Shown one piece after another: positions 1 through 9,295 of a stretch of 50,815 nt of DNA. The DNA is from a virus (taxonomy: Duplodnaviria > Heunggongvirae > Uroviricota > Caudoviricetes), in the IMG/VR virus record IMGVR_UViG_3300033072_001087, positions 1-50,815 of that record. One strand, given 5' to 3'. The notes under the pieces were generated by a model, which worked only from the letters and a program-made list of their open reading frames with translations, was not told where the DNA came from and searched no databases. The translations under genes were made by a program, and so were the position numbers. How positions within the stretch are numbered: the stretch's first letter is position 1; each line of letters starts with the position of its first letter.

Positions 1-122
1 CGGTAATATCCCGCCCATCGTAGAGACATATCCAGCGCTTTCTTGCGCCGAAATGGATTTCAGTTAGTCGTCCCACTGTTGTTTCGCTTTACATATATTC
101 TGTGCAGTATATTCGGTATAAA

Positions 123-398
123 CTACCCCGCTTCAACCGACTGTCGCTCGTATTCACGTTGAATCCATTCTTTAGCAACAGTTTCGTCCGGTACTCCGAT
201 AGCTACTGTTTTTGACTGCAACTTAATCGTCCAGTCCGTGACTTCATTTTCCATAAGGAACGATGCCTTCGCCTTACCACGCGTTTCACCGTAAGCGAAA
301 TCTGATATTGGATAGTCCCATTCCTGCAAACTCCCGCCATCTGGATACTCAATGTAAGTCCTTGATGGCGGTATGTAAAAATGATAAATGTTACCCAT
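123..398 (-). CDS. hypothetical protein
   Basis: ORF; start moved to the ATG at 398, which follows a GGAGG SD. Confidence 0.6.
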   Translation of the reverse strand: MGNIYHFYIPPSRTYIEYPDGGSLQEWDYPISDFAYGETRGKAKASFLMENEVTDWTIKLQSKTVAIGVPDETVAKEWIQREYERQSVEAG

Positions 399-442
399 CG
401 TCCCCTCCGCTCCCGCGTCATCCCGCCGCGCTGTAAGCGGCA

Positions 443-739
443 TTAAGCGTGACTACCGATAAACACCAGTCCGCCATTGTCGAGTTCAATTCGATCCACC
501 GAGCATACACCGAATGATGTTCCGTTGTTATCATTCCACTTCAATGTGGTGGGTTCACCGTACCACTTTTCTTCATCCATCGTGCCGAACCAGCTTGCGC
601 ATAGCCCGTCGAATGAATCTGGCGGAACATATGCAAGAAAATCTTCATCACCGCCATTGGTCGATAGCGCTTGAAGTTCTTGTGGCGCGTCTTTAAAGTA
701 CCAAATCGCCATATGCGTGAAATTGCGCCAGTCGTCCAT
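443..739 (-). CDS. hypothetical protein
   Basis: ORF whose start abuts the stop of the upstream gene. Confidence 0.65.
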   Translation of the reverse strand: MDDWRNFTHMAIWYFKDAPQELQALSTNGGDEDFLAYVPPDSFDGLCASWFGTMDEEKWYGEPTTLKWNDNNGTSFGVCSVDRIELDNGGLVFIGSHA

Positions 740-1101
740 TAGCCCGTCTCCCCTTCGTCGTCCGACTGCCCAAACATGAGGTTGAATTCCTCATCCGTCA
801 TGGAGCGCAATCGCGCCAGCGCCCCACCGGCGTCGTATTCCTTGCTGCAAACTCGCGCGGACGTGAGTTCGGCGTTATCTGCTTGCCCCTGTGGTTGTGC
901 AACAGCATAAACCTCTAGCGCATCATCGAACATGCGCGTGATTTCGCTTGGTGTCTTGTATACACCAGCTGATAACCACTCGAAAAAGTTCATATCGTCC
1001 TCAACATCGCCATGCTTGTCGAGTTCGTTGTAAACACGCATCATGTCGGCGAATGGACGCAGCGCCGCACGCAGTCGCACGTAGTCTGTCACGTTTTTCA
1101 C
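739..1101 (-). CDS. hypothetical protein
   Basis: ORF, GTG start, co-oriented and tightly packed. Confidence 0.6.
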   Translation of the reverse strand: MKNVTDYVRLRAALRPFADMMRVYNELDKHGDVEDDMNFFEWLSAGVYKTPSEITRMFDDALEVYAVAQPQGQADNAELTSARVCSKEYDAGGALARLRSMTDEEFNLMFGQSDDEGETG

Positions 1102-1139
1102 CTTTATTCGTCCTCTTCGTTTTCGTTGAATCCGCCCAT

Positions 1140-1568
1140 CTAACTTTCGATGGGTTCTGTTTCATCTTCGTCCGCGAATCCGCATAGTAAATTGCTCAGG
1201 AAATCACGTTCTTGAGGCGTGGTTTTCTTCTTGCGTCCACCGGCTTTCGATGAGTTTTTTGAACCGCCGTTCACCCCCATCTCCTCCATTCGACTAAAGA
1301 TTTCGTCGCGAAGCCGTTCAAGATCTTCTGGTGTAATGCCGCCAGCACCCTTGAATTGAACCGGCAGCCCGGCAGCGCTGGATACGGCCCATACGAATAT
1401 ATCCTTGACGGTAAGGTTCGGGTCGCGCGTTCTCCACTCCTGTACCTTGTCGAAGATGGCTTTATCCTTTTCAGGATGCAGTCGAAGCGATAAGGTTATT
1501 TCACCGGAGTCTTCGGGCTTTCTTCGCACGCCTTTATCGCTGCGCGGCTTACGCGACCCAAACATCAA
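1140..1568 (-). CDS. putative ParR/StbB-like DNA-binding adaptor
   Basis: Overlaps the parM stop by 4 nt; basic N-terminus (RKPRSDKG) followed by a strand-helix pattern (ITLSLRL-HPEKDKAIFDKV) resembling ribbon-helix-helix. Confidence 0.5.
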   Translation of the reverse strand: MMFGSRKPRSDKGVRRKPEDSGEITLSLRLHPEKDKAIFDKVQEWRTRDPNLTVKDIFVWAVSSAAGLPVQFKGAGGITPEDLERLRDEIFSRMEEMGVNGGSKNSSKAGGRKKKTTPQERDFLSNLLCGFADEDETEPIES

Positions 1569-2614
1569 AGCAATCCCTCAATACCAGCGAGATCGGCAAA
1601 GTTTCTTGCGCCTCGCACATTCGCAAACTGAATGGTCTGACGATCATCTGCCAGCACAACGCCCTCATTTTCTCCGCGCCCGATTACTTCACAGACTTTT
1701 TCGGCGAGAATCGCGTTGCCGCCTCCTGTTAAAATTACATAGTCCATCCCTGCACCACCGCTCAAGTGCTGCATCCAGAGATTCTTAACCTCGTTCATCA
1801 GCGGGTTAAGTGCGATCTCTGCTTCACGAACACAATCCAACTTTCGACCGAATCCGCGAAACTCTCCGGTGATCAACGCCTCGCGGATGCGATCAGAGGG
1901 AGGGTTTTGACTGGTCTTGAATAATTCGCTGTACTTTCGTTCCAGCTCTTTTTTGAGTCGTTCGATGGCGTTTAACACGCCGACCGAGCCGGACTTGCTC
2001 ATTGACGGCTGCACGATACCGCGTTCATTAACAGCAAGTACACCGCACGTTCCACCGCCGATGTCGATGACACCCGCCGAATATTTTTGCAGCGGCAGTG
2101 TCCATTTTTTGCCGTCATAGTGTATCGCGACTCTGCAGTATCCACCGAATGACTCTTCGAATGTTTTAACAACTTTCACTTCGAACTCAAACGGCTTACC
2201 GGCGCACTCGTATCTCCATTTCCCCTTGATGGCTTTGACAACATCGGAACGGAAGCCGAAGTCGTCGGTCGCATGGCTGGCGAATACCGTCAGACCTTCC
2301 CGCAGGTAATCTGGATTAGCAACAAACGCGTCGGCTACGGCGCGGGCGAACAGTACGCCGTAGTATGTTCGGTCGTACTTTGTTCGCCCGCTTCGCCGCG
2401 TGATGTTGAAGTTCTCCGCAGTTTCACCGACTGCGTAGAAGGTACTGCCAATCCGCAGCAAATCCAGTGGAGCAGACCTTCCAAACCGTTCAGTTGCGTA
2501 TTCGTATTGCGCCGGAGTCAATTCGGCGATCGCGTGAATGAACATGCCCTCATTTTTGCCAACAACCCACTTGGCAAAGGCGTTCCCAGCATCTAGAAAC
2601 AGCGGTAGTGTCAT
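1565..2614 (-). CDS. parM: ParM/StbA-family actin-like ATPase
   Basis: Actin-fold motifs: FLDAGNAFAK (phosphate 1), VIDIGGGT (phosphate 2), ILTGGG (adenosine). Confidence 0.85.
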   Translation of the reverse strand: MTLPLFLDAGNAFAKWVVGKNEGMFIHAIAELTPAQYEYATERFGRSAPLDLLRIGSTFYAVGETAENFNITRRSGRTKYDRTYYGVLFARAVADAFVANPDYLREGLTVFASHATDDFGFRSDVVKAIKGKWRYECAGKPFEFEVKVVKTFEESFGGYCRVAIHYDGKKWTLPLQKYSAGVIDIGGGTCGVLAVNERGIVQPSMSKSGSVGVLNAIERLKKELERKYSELFKTSQNPPSDRIREALITGEFRGFGRKLDCVREAEIALNPLMNEVKNLWMQHLSGGAGMDYVILTGGGNAILAEKVCEVIGRGENEGVVLADDRQTIQFANVRGARNFADLAGIEGLL

Positions 2615-2681
2615 GGGACTTCGTATCCCCCTTCTTTGAGAAACTCTGATGTGTGGCATCCTGTTAAATCCCTGATTTGTT

Positions 2682-2718
2682 GTATACGAACGTAAACACG
2701 TTGTATACGCCTGTATAC
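2682..2718. repeat. parC-like iterons
   Basis: GTATAC at 2682, 2703 and 2713 and GTAAAC at 2692; 10-11 bp period, upstream of parM. Confidence 0.6.
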
Positions 2719-2725
2719 ACGAATT

Positions 2726-2753
2726 ATTTTACCGCTGTTTGCGCTAATTTCAA
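2726..2753 (-). promoter_or_regulatory. putative parMR promoter
   Basis: TTGAAA-16-TAAAAT on the minus strand. Confidence 0.45.
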
Positions 2754-2769
2754 GTTACAGAATACAAAC

Positions 2770-3102
2770 TTAGCGATGACCGATCAAGTCGCCATTTGCG
2801 TCGTAGATTGAGCCGTCTTCCGTGATGACAACCGATTGTGAGACTCCGCCTGTGCCGATGCGGTAGACGTGCAAGATCGATCCGTCAGATCGTTCTACTT
2901 CCGGCTTGCTGTAGATCATTGTCACTGGCTGCTTATGGTGATGGATTCGCATGGCTACGACGCTTCGTGATGATGTCGGGCTAACGTATTTGACGATGGC
3001 AATGTGGCGGGTCACTTTGGTTGTGCGCTTCAGCGGCGTTCTTAGTTCAACCAGAATCACATCACCTTCTTGCAGTTCTGTAGTATCTTGAATGGCGATC
3101 AT
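2770..3102 (-). CDS. hypothetical protein
   Basis: ATG at 3102 overlaps the TAA of the upstream gene (TAATG). Confidence 0.6.
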   Translation of the reverse strand: MIAIQDTTELQEGDVILVELRTPLKRTTKVTRHIAIVKYVSPTSSRSVVAMRIHHHKQPVTMIYSKPEVERSDGSILHVYRIGTGGVSQSVVITEDGSIYDANGDLIGHR

Positions 3103-3581
3103 TATCTCATATACCTTTCTATCCACTGCTCGACAAGGGCGTGTCCGCGTTCTGTGTCCCACAAGTCTTTGATGTATAATCGGATTTGTCGCGATTTTCC
3201 GCGCCCGTCTGGATCGGCGTAGTAGTTGTGATGCGCCGCGCGTCCTTCGTAGGGCTTGAGTTTCTTGCGGTGCAGCCTGCATTTTCCGTCTTTGTAGAAC
3301 GCGCAGGTGCCGCGCGGCAGCCAGTCTGCTGTTTTACACTTGCGCCCTTCGCTTGCGCCACACAGAATGCGAATATCGCGTCCATCTTCTTCAGTCCAGT
3401 AATCCAGCATGAGCTGATCGCCGTAGCCTGCGATGATAATGGCTTCGATCTCATTCGGAGTACCCCAACACGGATTCTGGCACATCGCTTGGCAGCGTTC
3501 GCATGAACAGGCGGGCGCGTCAGGAATGGGTGTGGGCGACTCATGGGGCATTGGTAGATGGGGCATTGGTAGATGGCACAT
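3102..3581 (-). CDS. cysteine-cluster protein, YkgJ-like
   Basis: CSCERCQAMCQNPC and CAFYKDGKCRLH..KP pattern. Confidence 0.55.
   Translation of the reverse strand: MCHLPMPHLPMPHESPTPIPDAPACSCERCQAMCQNPCWGTPNEIEAIIIAGYGDQLMLDYWTEEDGRDIRILCGASEGRKCKTADWLPRGTCAFYKDGKCRLHRKKLKPYEGRAAHHNYYADPDGRGKSRQIRLYIKDLWDTERGHALVEQWIERYMR
3543..3572. repeat. 15-bp tandem duplication
   Basis: ATGGGGCATTGGTAG x2; the duplicated unit encodes LPMPH twice at the N-terminus of 3102..3581. Confidence 0.8.
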
Positions 3582-3790
3582 CAGTAGTCACTCTTTCCAC
3601 GCAGACAACCGTCAACATCGAGCATGTGTTCAATTTCCTCACGCGCCTCTCGCCGATCTTCTTTGGTGTAGAAAGCGATTTCCGGGCGAGGGAGACGGCG
3701 CGGCGAAAACCCATCGCCAAGTCGCATCGTGTCCTTTATTTTATGTCCTACTCTTTTTCTGGCTAGCAGATTCATAAATGGTAGTTTCAT
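3581..3790 (-). CDS. hypothetical protein
   Basis: Short coupled ORF. Confidence 0.55.
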   Translation of the reverse strand: MKLPFMNLLARKRVGHKIKDTMRLGDGFSPRRLPRPEIAFYTKEDRREAREEIEHMLDVDGCLRGKSDY

Positions 3791-3797
3791 GGTGTCC

Positions 3798-4085
3798 TCA
3801 AAAGCGTGGGGTCGTAAACAGCGAGACGGTTTTCAAGACAAATGACACGATACCATTAGGCATCGGATCCTCGACAAACAGCAAGTAGATCGGTTGATTG
3901 CGCACGAGATAGCGGCGGGAGACAGCCGTGACTCCGCGCACGCGTATTTGCCGAACCGCTTCTTCACATTCTGCTTGGCTGGTTGTCCAGCCAGCACCAC
4001 GACAGAATACGCCGATAATCCGGCCGTTCTCTTGTATTCTGAACTTGCGCATATACTGCGCGGGATTGGTATTTGGCTTGCGCAT
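3798..4085 (-). CDS. hypothetical protein
   Basis: Start trimmed to MRKPNT, just after the upstream stop. Confidence 0.55.
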   Translation of the reverse strand: MRKPNTNPAQYMRKFRIQENGRIIGVFCRGAGWTTSQAECEEAVRQIRVRGVTAVSRRYLVRNQPIYLLFVEDPMPNGIVSFVLKTVSLFTTPRF

Positions 4086-4089
4086 GGTG

Positions 4090-5043
4090 TTAGTCCATGA
4101 ACTCGTATTCATCAAATTCATCCGGGCCGTCAAGGTAGCGACCGCCATAGTAGTAGCGTTTTTCAAAGTCGTCGTCGTCGCCAAAAATGTCTGGCAGTCT
4201 TCGCGTTTCTTCGATCTCTTTTGGCGTCAACCACGCGCGCAGTTCATTGCGCAGCGTTTTTACATCGCGTACTAGTTTGGAAATTGGCAAAACGATTGTC
4301 TTGCGTTGGCGCGCAAAGTACCAACCGACGCTGTGCAGATTGTATTCGTCGTCATAGTCCAACAGGACGTAGGCTAACTGCTGAAGCAGCAGCTCTTCGG
4401 TCATCGGCGCGGATTTCTTGGTGCATTTCACATCCCAAACAACGCCGTTATAGATCATAAACGCGTCCGCACCGCCAACATCCATACTTCCAGTGAATGT
4501 TGGCGACGGGATGTAATGCTGCATCTCGCCTTTCAGCGACTCCCAAACAGACGGAATGCTTTGAAAGAGGAGATCGACATCGCGGATCGTGTTGGATTGT
4601 TGTTCGCTGAAGGCTGATGGTCCGAGCAGCGGCAGCCGTTCACTGTGAAACCGCTGTGCCGCGCTTAATTCACGCGGCGTATTGCCGGTGCGTCGTACTT
4701 GCTCAAACAGGTACAGGTAATACGACATGAACGGAATCTTGACCGAGTCTTGATCGCCGTACTCGATGACCGCCTTAAAGAAGTCGTGCGCGCCGATCTG
4801 TTTCGCACCCAGTTCCGCGATCCATGCGTGATCGGTATTGGGCGCAAACCACCAGCGAAACGCCATGCCGAACATACCGCCCGACATGAGATAGTCGATG
4901 TCCGTGCTGTAGATTAGGCATTCCTGCTGCCCGCAAAGCGCATTAATGCAGTCGATGATCGGCTTAAGCGCCGCCTTGCGCTTGGATGCAAAGAACCGCG
5001 ACAGCGGCGAACTCGGATCTTTCAATTGAGAAGTGACGCTCAT
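4090..5043 (-). CDS. PD-(D/E)xK nuclease, RecB-like
   Basis: GGADAF...WDVKCTK and QQLAY motifs; acidic tail. Confidence 0.65.
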   Translation of the reverse strand: MSVTSQLKDPSSPLSRFFASKRKAALKPIIDCINALCGQQECLIYSTDIDYLMSGGMFGMAFRWWFAPNTDHAWIAELGAKQIGAHDFFKAVIEYGDQDSVKIPFMSYYLYLFEQVRRTGNTPRELSAAQRFHSERLPLLGPSAFSEQQSNTIRDVDLLFQSIPSVWESLKGEMQHYIPSPTFTGSMDVGGADAFMIYNGVVWDVKCTKKSAPMTEELLLQQLAYVLLDYDDEYNLHSVGWYFARQRKTIVLPISKLVRDVKTLRNELRAWLTPKEIEETRRLPDIFGDDDDFEKRYYYGGRYLDGPDEFDEYEFMD

Positions 5044-6929
5044 GGCTGTTCTACCTTCGCTTTCATTTCAGTCGCGATCTTTCTTATCGCAATCAGCATC
5101 CCAAGCATCTGCAGGCGACTCGCGCCGTTGATGTCGGTTTCATTGAACACATCTAATATCTTACACACATCGGCGTAATAGGGCGGAAATTCTATGATCG
5201 GCTCGATGGCTGTGACTTCAATCGGTGACGGTAGTTCAGCGATAGCGACCGGCGCGATTTCCTTAACTACGGGTGCTTCCTTCTTTTCAACCTTGCTGCG
5301 GACGTAGTAGAGTCCCTGCATCGCGCGTGTTTCCGCCACGTATTTCAGGTTCATTTCCTGAATGCTGGACTCCGGCGTCGAGCGCGGATGATTGAACGGG
5401 AACAGATCGGGCGTCAGGATGACGACATGCGGAAACTCCAAGCCTTTACTGGCGTGTCCTGTCATGATGGCGATTTTCTTCTGGAGCGAATCGCCGTCGC
5501 TGTCGTCTTTCGCGAAGATCGCTTTGATCTTATCCTTGAGTTCGTCCATGTCGCGCGCGTCAACGGCTTCAATGGCGGATGTCACCGAAGCCATTTGATC
5601 GAGAAACGAGTCGATCTCGTCCTCTCCCTTTTTCTTAGCTTTCATCTTTGCAACTTTGCGATCGCGGTATTCGACAATGCGACTCATCAGTTCATCGAAC
5701 TTGAAGCCTTTTTGCCGCTCTACAATCTCGATGGTTGCGATGATCGCCTTGCTTACGTCCGATCCGACGATGACCGCTGGCTTTCCGGCCGCGATAAATT
5801 TGTGCCAGAGCGGAATCATTGGCGCGCGCACACGGGAGATGAACGCCCATCCGGCTTTAGCGCGTTCGATGGCATCTTCGATGGTAACGTCTTCGATAAC
5901 GCCTTCGATGGCGTTGGGCGCAGCTTTGAAATTGGGCTTCCATGATCGTGCCAGTTCCGCCACTTTCTTGGGCGCTCGCCACGAGATCGAAAGCGTCATC
6001 TCGTCTTTGATGTCCCAATATTTGATGGATGACTCAAAGCCCCGATTATCAGCGCCGGTAAAAGCAAGAATCGCTTGTTGCGGATCCCCTACGATTAAGA
6101 CGCGGCTGTTGTAAATGTGCTTATCGACGAGAGCGCGCGATAAAGGCGATAGGTCTTGGGCTTCGTCTACCAGAATCCAGTCGTTTCCCCACACGCGCCA
6201 CCCATCTACGACGGTATGATACACCTGATCCGTGAATGTCCATGTGTGGTCAGACGGGTCATACAGCATATCGCGTCCAAGCCGTAAAATCTCAGGCACC
6301 GCGCTTAATGCGCGCATCTCGTCTTCGTACTCGTCGAGATTACCGAACAGCGAATAACGGCTGGCGACCGAAGCCAAGAGATCGATGTTGTTCAGGTTGT
6401 GCGGCGCATACACCGCACCGTTCTCATCGTATCCGATCAGGACGACGAGTTCATGCGATCCGCTGGCGGCGGTTGTCGTATTCACGCGAAGGAAGTGGGA
6501 TGTTTTGGCGATGAGATCGACCGCTAATTCGCGCTGTTCCTCATCGAGACGGCTCATGTTCTTTTCAACCCACCGCGAAGCCAGCTTGTCGTATTTTTTT
6601 TCGTCGCGATTGTTCATGAGTGCATCGCTTTTCAGCTTAAAGCGATCCATCATCGCCTTGAACGCCGCGCCGTTAAAGGTTTTCGCGTTCGTCTTCCATC
6701 CGTGTCCGCGCGGCACCAGTTCTTCTGTGATGAATTGCTCCAGAACCTTTTTAATGGCGACATTGAATGCCATGAACTTAATCGAGGCATTTGCGCCGAT
6801 AACATCGCGTGCAAGATACTTGAACGTTGAAGTTTTGCCCGTGCCTGCACCGGCGTTGATCGCGCCGTTCCCTGTGCCGCTTGTGACCCATTCGGCGATG
6901 CGAACTTGTTCTTCGGTAGGTTTAAACAT
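5040..6929 (-). CDS. UvrD/Rep-family SF1 helicase
   Basis: AGAGTGKT, AFN, LVDEAQD, VGDPQQAI, GHASKGLEF and YVAETRA motifs. Confidence 0.92.
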   Translation of the reverse strand: MFKPTEEQVRIAEWVTSGTGNGAINAGAGTGKTSTFKYLARDVIGANASIKFMAFNVAIKKVLEQFITEELVPRGHGWKTNAKTFNGAAFKAMMDRFKLKSDALMNNRDEKKYDKLASRWVEKNMSRLDEEQRELAVDLIAKTSHFLRVNTTTAASGSHELVVLIGYDENGAVYAPHNLNNIDLLASVASRYSLFGNLDEYEDEMRALSAVPEILRLGRDMLYDPSDHTWTFTDQVYHTVVDGWRVWGNDWILVDEAQDLSPLSRALVDKHIYNSRVLIVGDPQQAILAFTGADNRGFESSIKYWDIKDEMTLSISWRAPKKVAELARSWKPNFKAAPNAIEGVIEDVTIEDAIERAKAGWAFISRVRAPMIPLWHKFIAAGKPAVIVGSDVSKAIIATIEIVERQKGFKFDELMSRIVEYRDRKVAKMKAKKKGEDEIDSFLDQMASVTSAIEAVDARDMDELKDKIKAIFAKDDSDGDSLQKKIAIMTGHASKGLEFPHVVILTPDLFPFNHPRSTPESSIQEMNLKYVAETRAMQGLYYVRSKVEKKEAPVVKEIAPVAIAELPSPIEVTAIEPIIEFPPYYADVCKILDVFNETDINGASRLQMLGMLIAIRKIATEMKAKVEQP

Positions 6930-7527
6930 GATGGAATTCCTCTAGTATTTCGCGCAGACGATTTTCAAGCACGCAAATATCGCGACTACTTAGACGACCG
7001 GATGGCACCGGAATGCGATGAATGACGACGCCGTTTTCCGCAGCAACCCGATCTTTCTCTGCGTCGCTCTGTTTGCGACCGGCGTGTGTCCAAACACAAT
7101 CAATCTCGATCCACGTTTTACCGGCGATACAGAAATCAATCAGCCAATGCCGCTTGATATTTGGCAACCGCACATTGCGCTGGTAGGGGATACGATGCCG
7201 ATCAAGGAAATTCGCAGCGACCACTTCGGCGCTTGACGGATTTTTGTCGAGATATTCCTGCGGCAGCGTGTCATAGCCCTTGCGTCGAAGCGTTTTTAGC
7301 GCCGCTTTATAACCAAGTTTTCCTTTGCGCCGTTGGCTGCACTGGAAGCAGCATTGAACCTTGACCGCAGAGCTTAAGCGCAAATAGCGACGGTTGCCGC
7401 AAACTTGTCCGCTGCGCGGATGATGACTTGGCAATATTTCATCGCACGTCACCAGATAATGCCGTTCCCCGTCTTTGATAATCCATTCGTCGCGATGCAG
7501 TCCCATGCGTCTCCCCTTGTGCTGCAT
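6922..7527 (-). CDS. DUF559/Vsr-like endonuclease with N-terminal Cys motif
   Basis: SSAE...IPYQRN...IDFC...IEID...H...D..KD...G..IHRI. Confidence 0.65.
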   Translation of the reverse strand: MQHKGRRMGLHRDEWIIKDGERHYLVTCDEILPSHHPRSGQVCGNRRYLRLSSAVKVQCCFQCSQRRKGKLGYKAALKTLRRKGYDTLPQEYLDKNPSSAEVVAANFLDRHRIPYQRNVRLPNIKRHWLIDFCIAGKTWIEIDCVWTHAGRKQSDAEKDRVAAENGVVIHRIPVPSGRLSSRDICVLENRLREILEEFHHV

Positions 7528-7535
7528 ATTGAACA

Positions 7536-7563
7536 ATTATAACACACTTCGATTGTTAATCAA
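7536..7563 (-). promoter_or_regulatory. sigma70-type promoter, leftward
   Basis: TTGATT-16-TATAAT with TG extension. Confidence 0.55.
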
Positions 7564-7680
7564 GGGTGAAAAGAGCGTGAAAGCAAGCGTGAAATTTCAG
7601 CGTGTTTTGTGGTGCGCTTCCTCTGTACATACGCGCATATCCGCGCGCGCGCGCGCGTAAGGGCTTGGCAAAGTTCATAC

Positions 7681-7709
7681 TTGACCACACAAAGACTATC
7701 TGTTAGAAT
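7681..7709 (+). promoter_or_regulatory. sigma70-type promoter, rightward
   Basis: TTGACC-17-TAGAAT. Confidence 0.65.
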
Positions 7710-7727
7710 TAGTCGTATAGATGGTAT

Positions 7728-7799
7728 GCGTCTGTAGTTCAGTGGATAGAACGACGGACTCCGAAGCCGTATGTGCAGGTTCGATTCCTGCCGGGGATA
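7728..7799 (+). tRNA. tRNA-Arg(CCG), weak acceptor stem
   Basis: D, anticodon (ctCCGaa) and T arms are clear; acceptor has 2 mismatches and 3 G-U pairs. Confidence 0.65.
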
Positions 7800-7804
7800 T
7801 AAGT

Positions 7805-8002
7805 ATGAATATCACAATCGCTAATATGCCAGCAAATCTATCGGATCAGTATCCGTGCGAGTTTTGCAATCAAATCGGCTGCGAAATCATCATCACCCAT
7901 ACAGTACCGGGTGGCGCTGTTATCGGTGCGCACAAGAAGTGCTTGGATGATTTTCTCGCCAGTGCCGATCCAGAAGTCGAAGCGTCCGATCTTTCCGTGT
8001 GA
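7805..8002 (+). CDS. small Cys/His protein
   Basis: CEFC...HKKC; ATG at 7805, after the tRNA. Confidence 0.55.
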   Translation: MNITIANMPANLSDQYPCEFCNQIGCEIIITHTVPGGAVIGAHKKCLDDFLASADPEVEASDLSV

Positions 8003-8034
8003 ACAATTGTTCACGCACGCACAAGGAGAATACC

Positions 8035-8445
8035 ATGAGTATCAAGCCCGATGAAATTCTGTATGAGAACTCGTTTTGCACGCTATCCAAGCCGATCTCG
8101 GTGAACTTCAAGGTGAAAGGTAAACCCGGACACCCCTACACGATCGGACCGAAGCATGTGAGTGCGGCTCAATCGAACGGCGGCTACATTGATGAGTCTG
8201 TGTGTCGCGCCGTGCAGTGTGCGCACACGGATCATTATGGCAAATGCGATGCGACCTACGAGGAACACACCAGCGACAAGGTTGTGTTTGTGTATCTGAG
8301 GGAAAATGTGGACGCGAAGCGACTGCAAGCGTTCCTGATCTTCGCCACCGAAGGCGATGAAAACATTGATCCGATTATTCCGCAAGGAACGGATGGATTC
8401 AGTTTTGTTGATACGGGATACCGCGTTCTAAAAGGCGACTCGTAG
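8035..8445 (+). CDS. hypothetical protein
   Basis: AAGGAG SD before the ATG at 8035. Confidence 0.7.
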   Translation: MSIKPDEILYENSFCTLSKPISVNFKVKGKPGHPYTIGPKHVSAAQSNGGYIDESVCRAVQCAHTDHYGKCDATYEEHTSDKVVFVYLRENVDAKRLQAFLIFATEGDENIDPIIPQGTDGFSFVDTGYRVLKGDS

Positions 8446-8688
8446 ATGTCTGATCTTGAAGTCCTCATTGTAAGGCTAGACCACTTCTTAGAGTCCTGTT
8501 CGCGCGAGTCGGATGGGTGGTATATATTCAGGCTCGGCAATCACGAACGCTTATCAAAAGCGACGGTCGATTCCGTGATTAGCCATTACGTCGCGGACGG
8601 ATGGATTGTGGAGCATGTCGATATTTACATTCCGCAACTTGGCGATTACAAGGCGTTCAAGTTTTGTCCAGCAGCAATAAAGGAGTAG
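8446..8688 (+). CDS. hypothetical protein (Y..xGW family)
   Basis: Abutting ORF; VISHYVADGWIV. Confidence 0.65.
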   Translation: MSDLEVLIVRLDHFLESCSRESDGWYIFRLGNHERLSKATVDSVISHYVADGWIVEHVDIYIPQLGDYKAFKFCPAAIKE

Positions 8689-8691
8689 GAA

Positions 8692-8949
8692 ATGCCGATC
8701 ACCAAGAAAGAACTGCAAGATAAGTTCACGGCTATACCGGATGCGGTTTATGAGCTTATCGACGCGAGGCTTGAAAGAGAATGGAACGGACGCAACGCGG
8801 TGTACGTTACCGAGTGGGACATGAAAGGGGTCACAAACAAAACGCAGATCGACGAGATCGTGCGTGTGTACCGCGCGGCGGGATGGGCAGTGAACTTCGA
8901 GCGTAAGTCCGAGAATGGCAGAACTTGGAATGAACTCCAGTTTAGCTAG
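8692..8949 (+). CDS. hypothetical protein (Y..xGW family)
   Basis: SD present; IVRVYRAAGWAV. Confidence 0.7.
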   Translation: MPITKKELQDKFTAIPDAVYELIDARLEREWNGRNAVYVTEWDMKGVTNKTQIDEIVRVYRAAGWAVNFERKSENGRTWNELQFS

Positions 8950-8957
8950 TGTAGATT

Positions 8958-9030
8958 GTGCTATTAGCTCAAATGGTAGAGCGCGGCTCTGAAAAAGCCG
9001 AGGCAGCCGGTTCGATACCGGCATAGCACA
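8958..9030 (+). tRNA. tRNA-Phe(GAA)
   Basis: Full cloverleaf; cggct-ctGAAaa-agccg. Confidence 0.92.
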
Positions 9031-9032
9031 TT

Positions 9033-9270
9033 GCGCGGCGGATCGCGGCGAGAAAGATGTTCTCTTCAAAGTGATTGGCTGGAATAAGGGGAAGACTGAA
9101 CCCCGAATAGCTCCGTACCTACAGATGTCGCCTGAATTGACAGGTGCTTGATGGAATTGCTGTAGCCGGAATTAACCGGTAATGCTTGGCGTGGAGAGTA
9201 CGGAAGCGAAGCGCCTTAAGGTAAGTCAGGACGCGCAGTCCATCATGGGTCGTCTGGCAGCACGCCGCGC
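9033..9270 (+). ncRNA. unassigned structured RNA, ~238 nt
   Basis: Terminal helix gcgcggcg/cgccgcgc followed by a T-run; nested internal helices; no ORF. Confidence 0.55.
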
Positions 9271-9295
9271 TTTTTATCAGTGAAAGGGACGAGTA

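Noticed and set aside
7721-7804. N-terminal extension of ORF 7721..8002
   Set aside because: It overlaps tRNA-Arg(CCG); the ATG at 7805 is preferred.
9033-9270. RNase P RNA or group I intron
   Set aside because: I could not find the GAGGAAAGUCC/P4 pairing or the P7 R/S elements, and there are no flanking exons.
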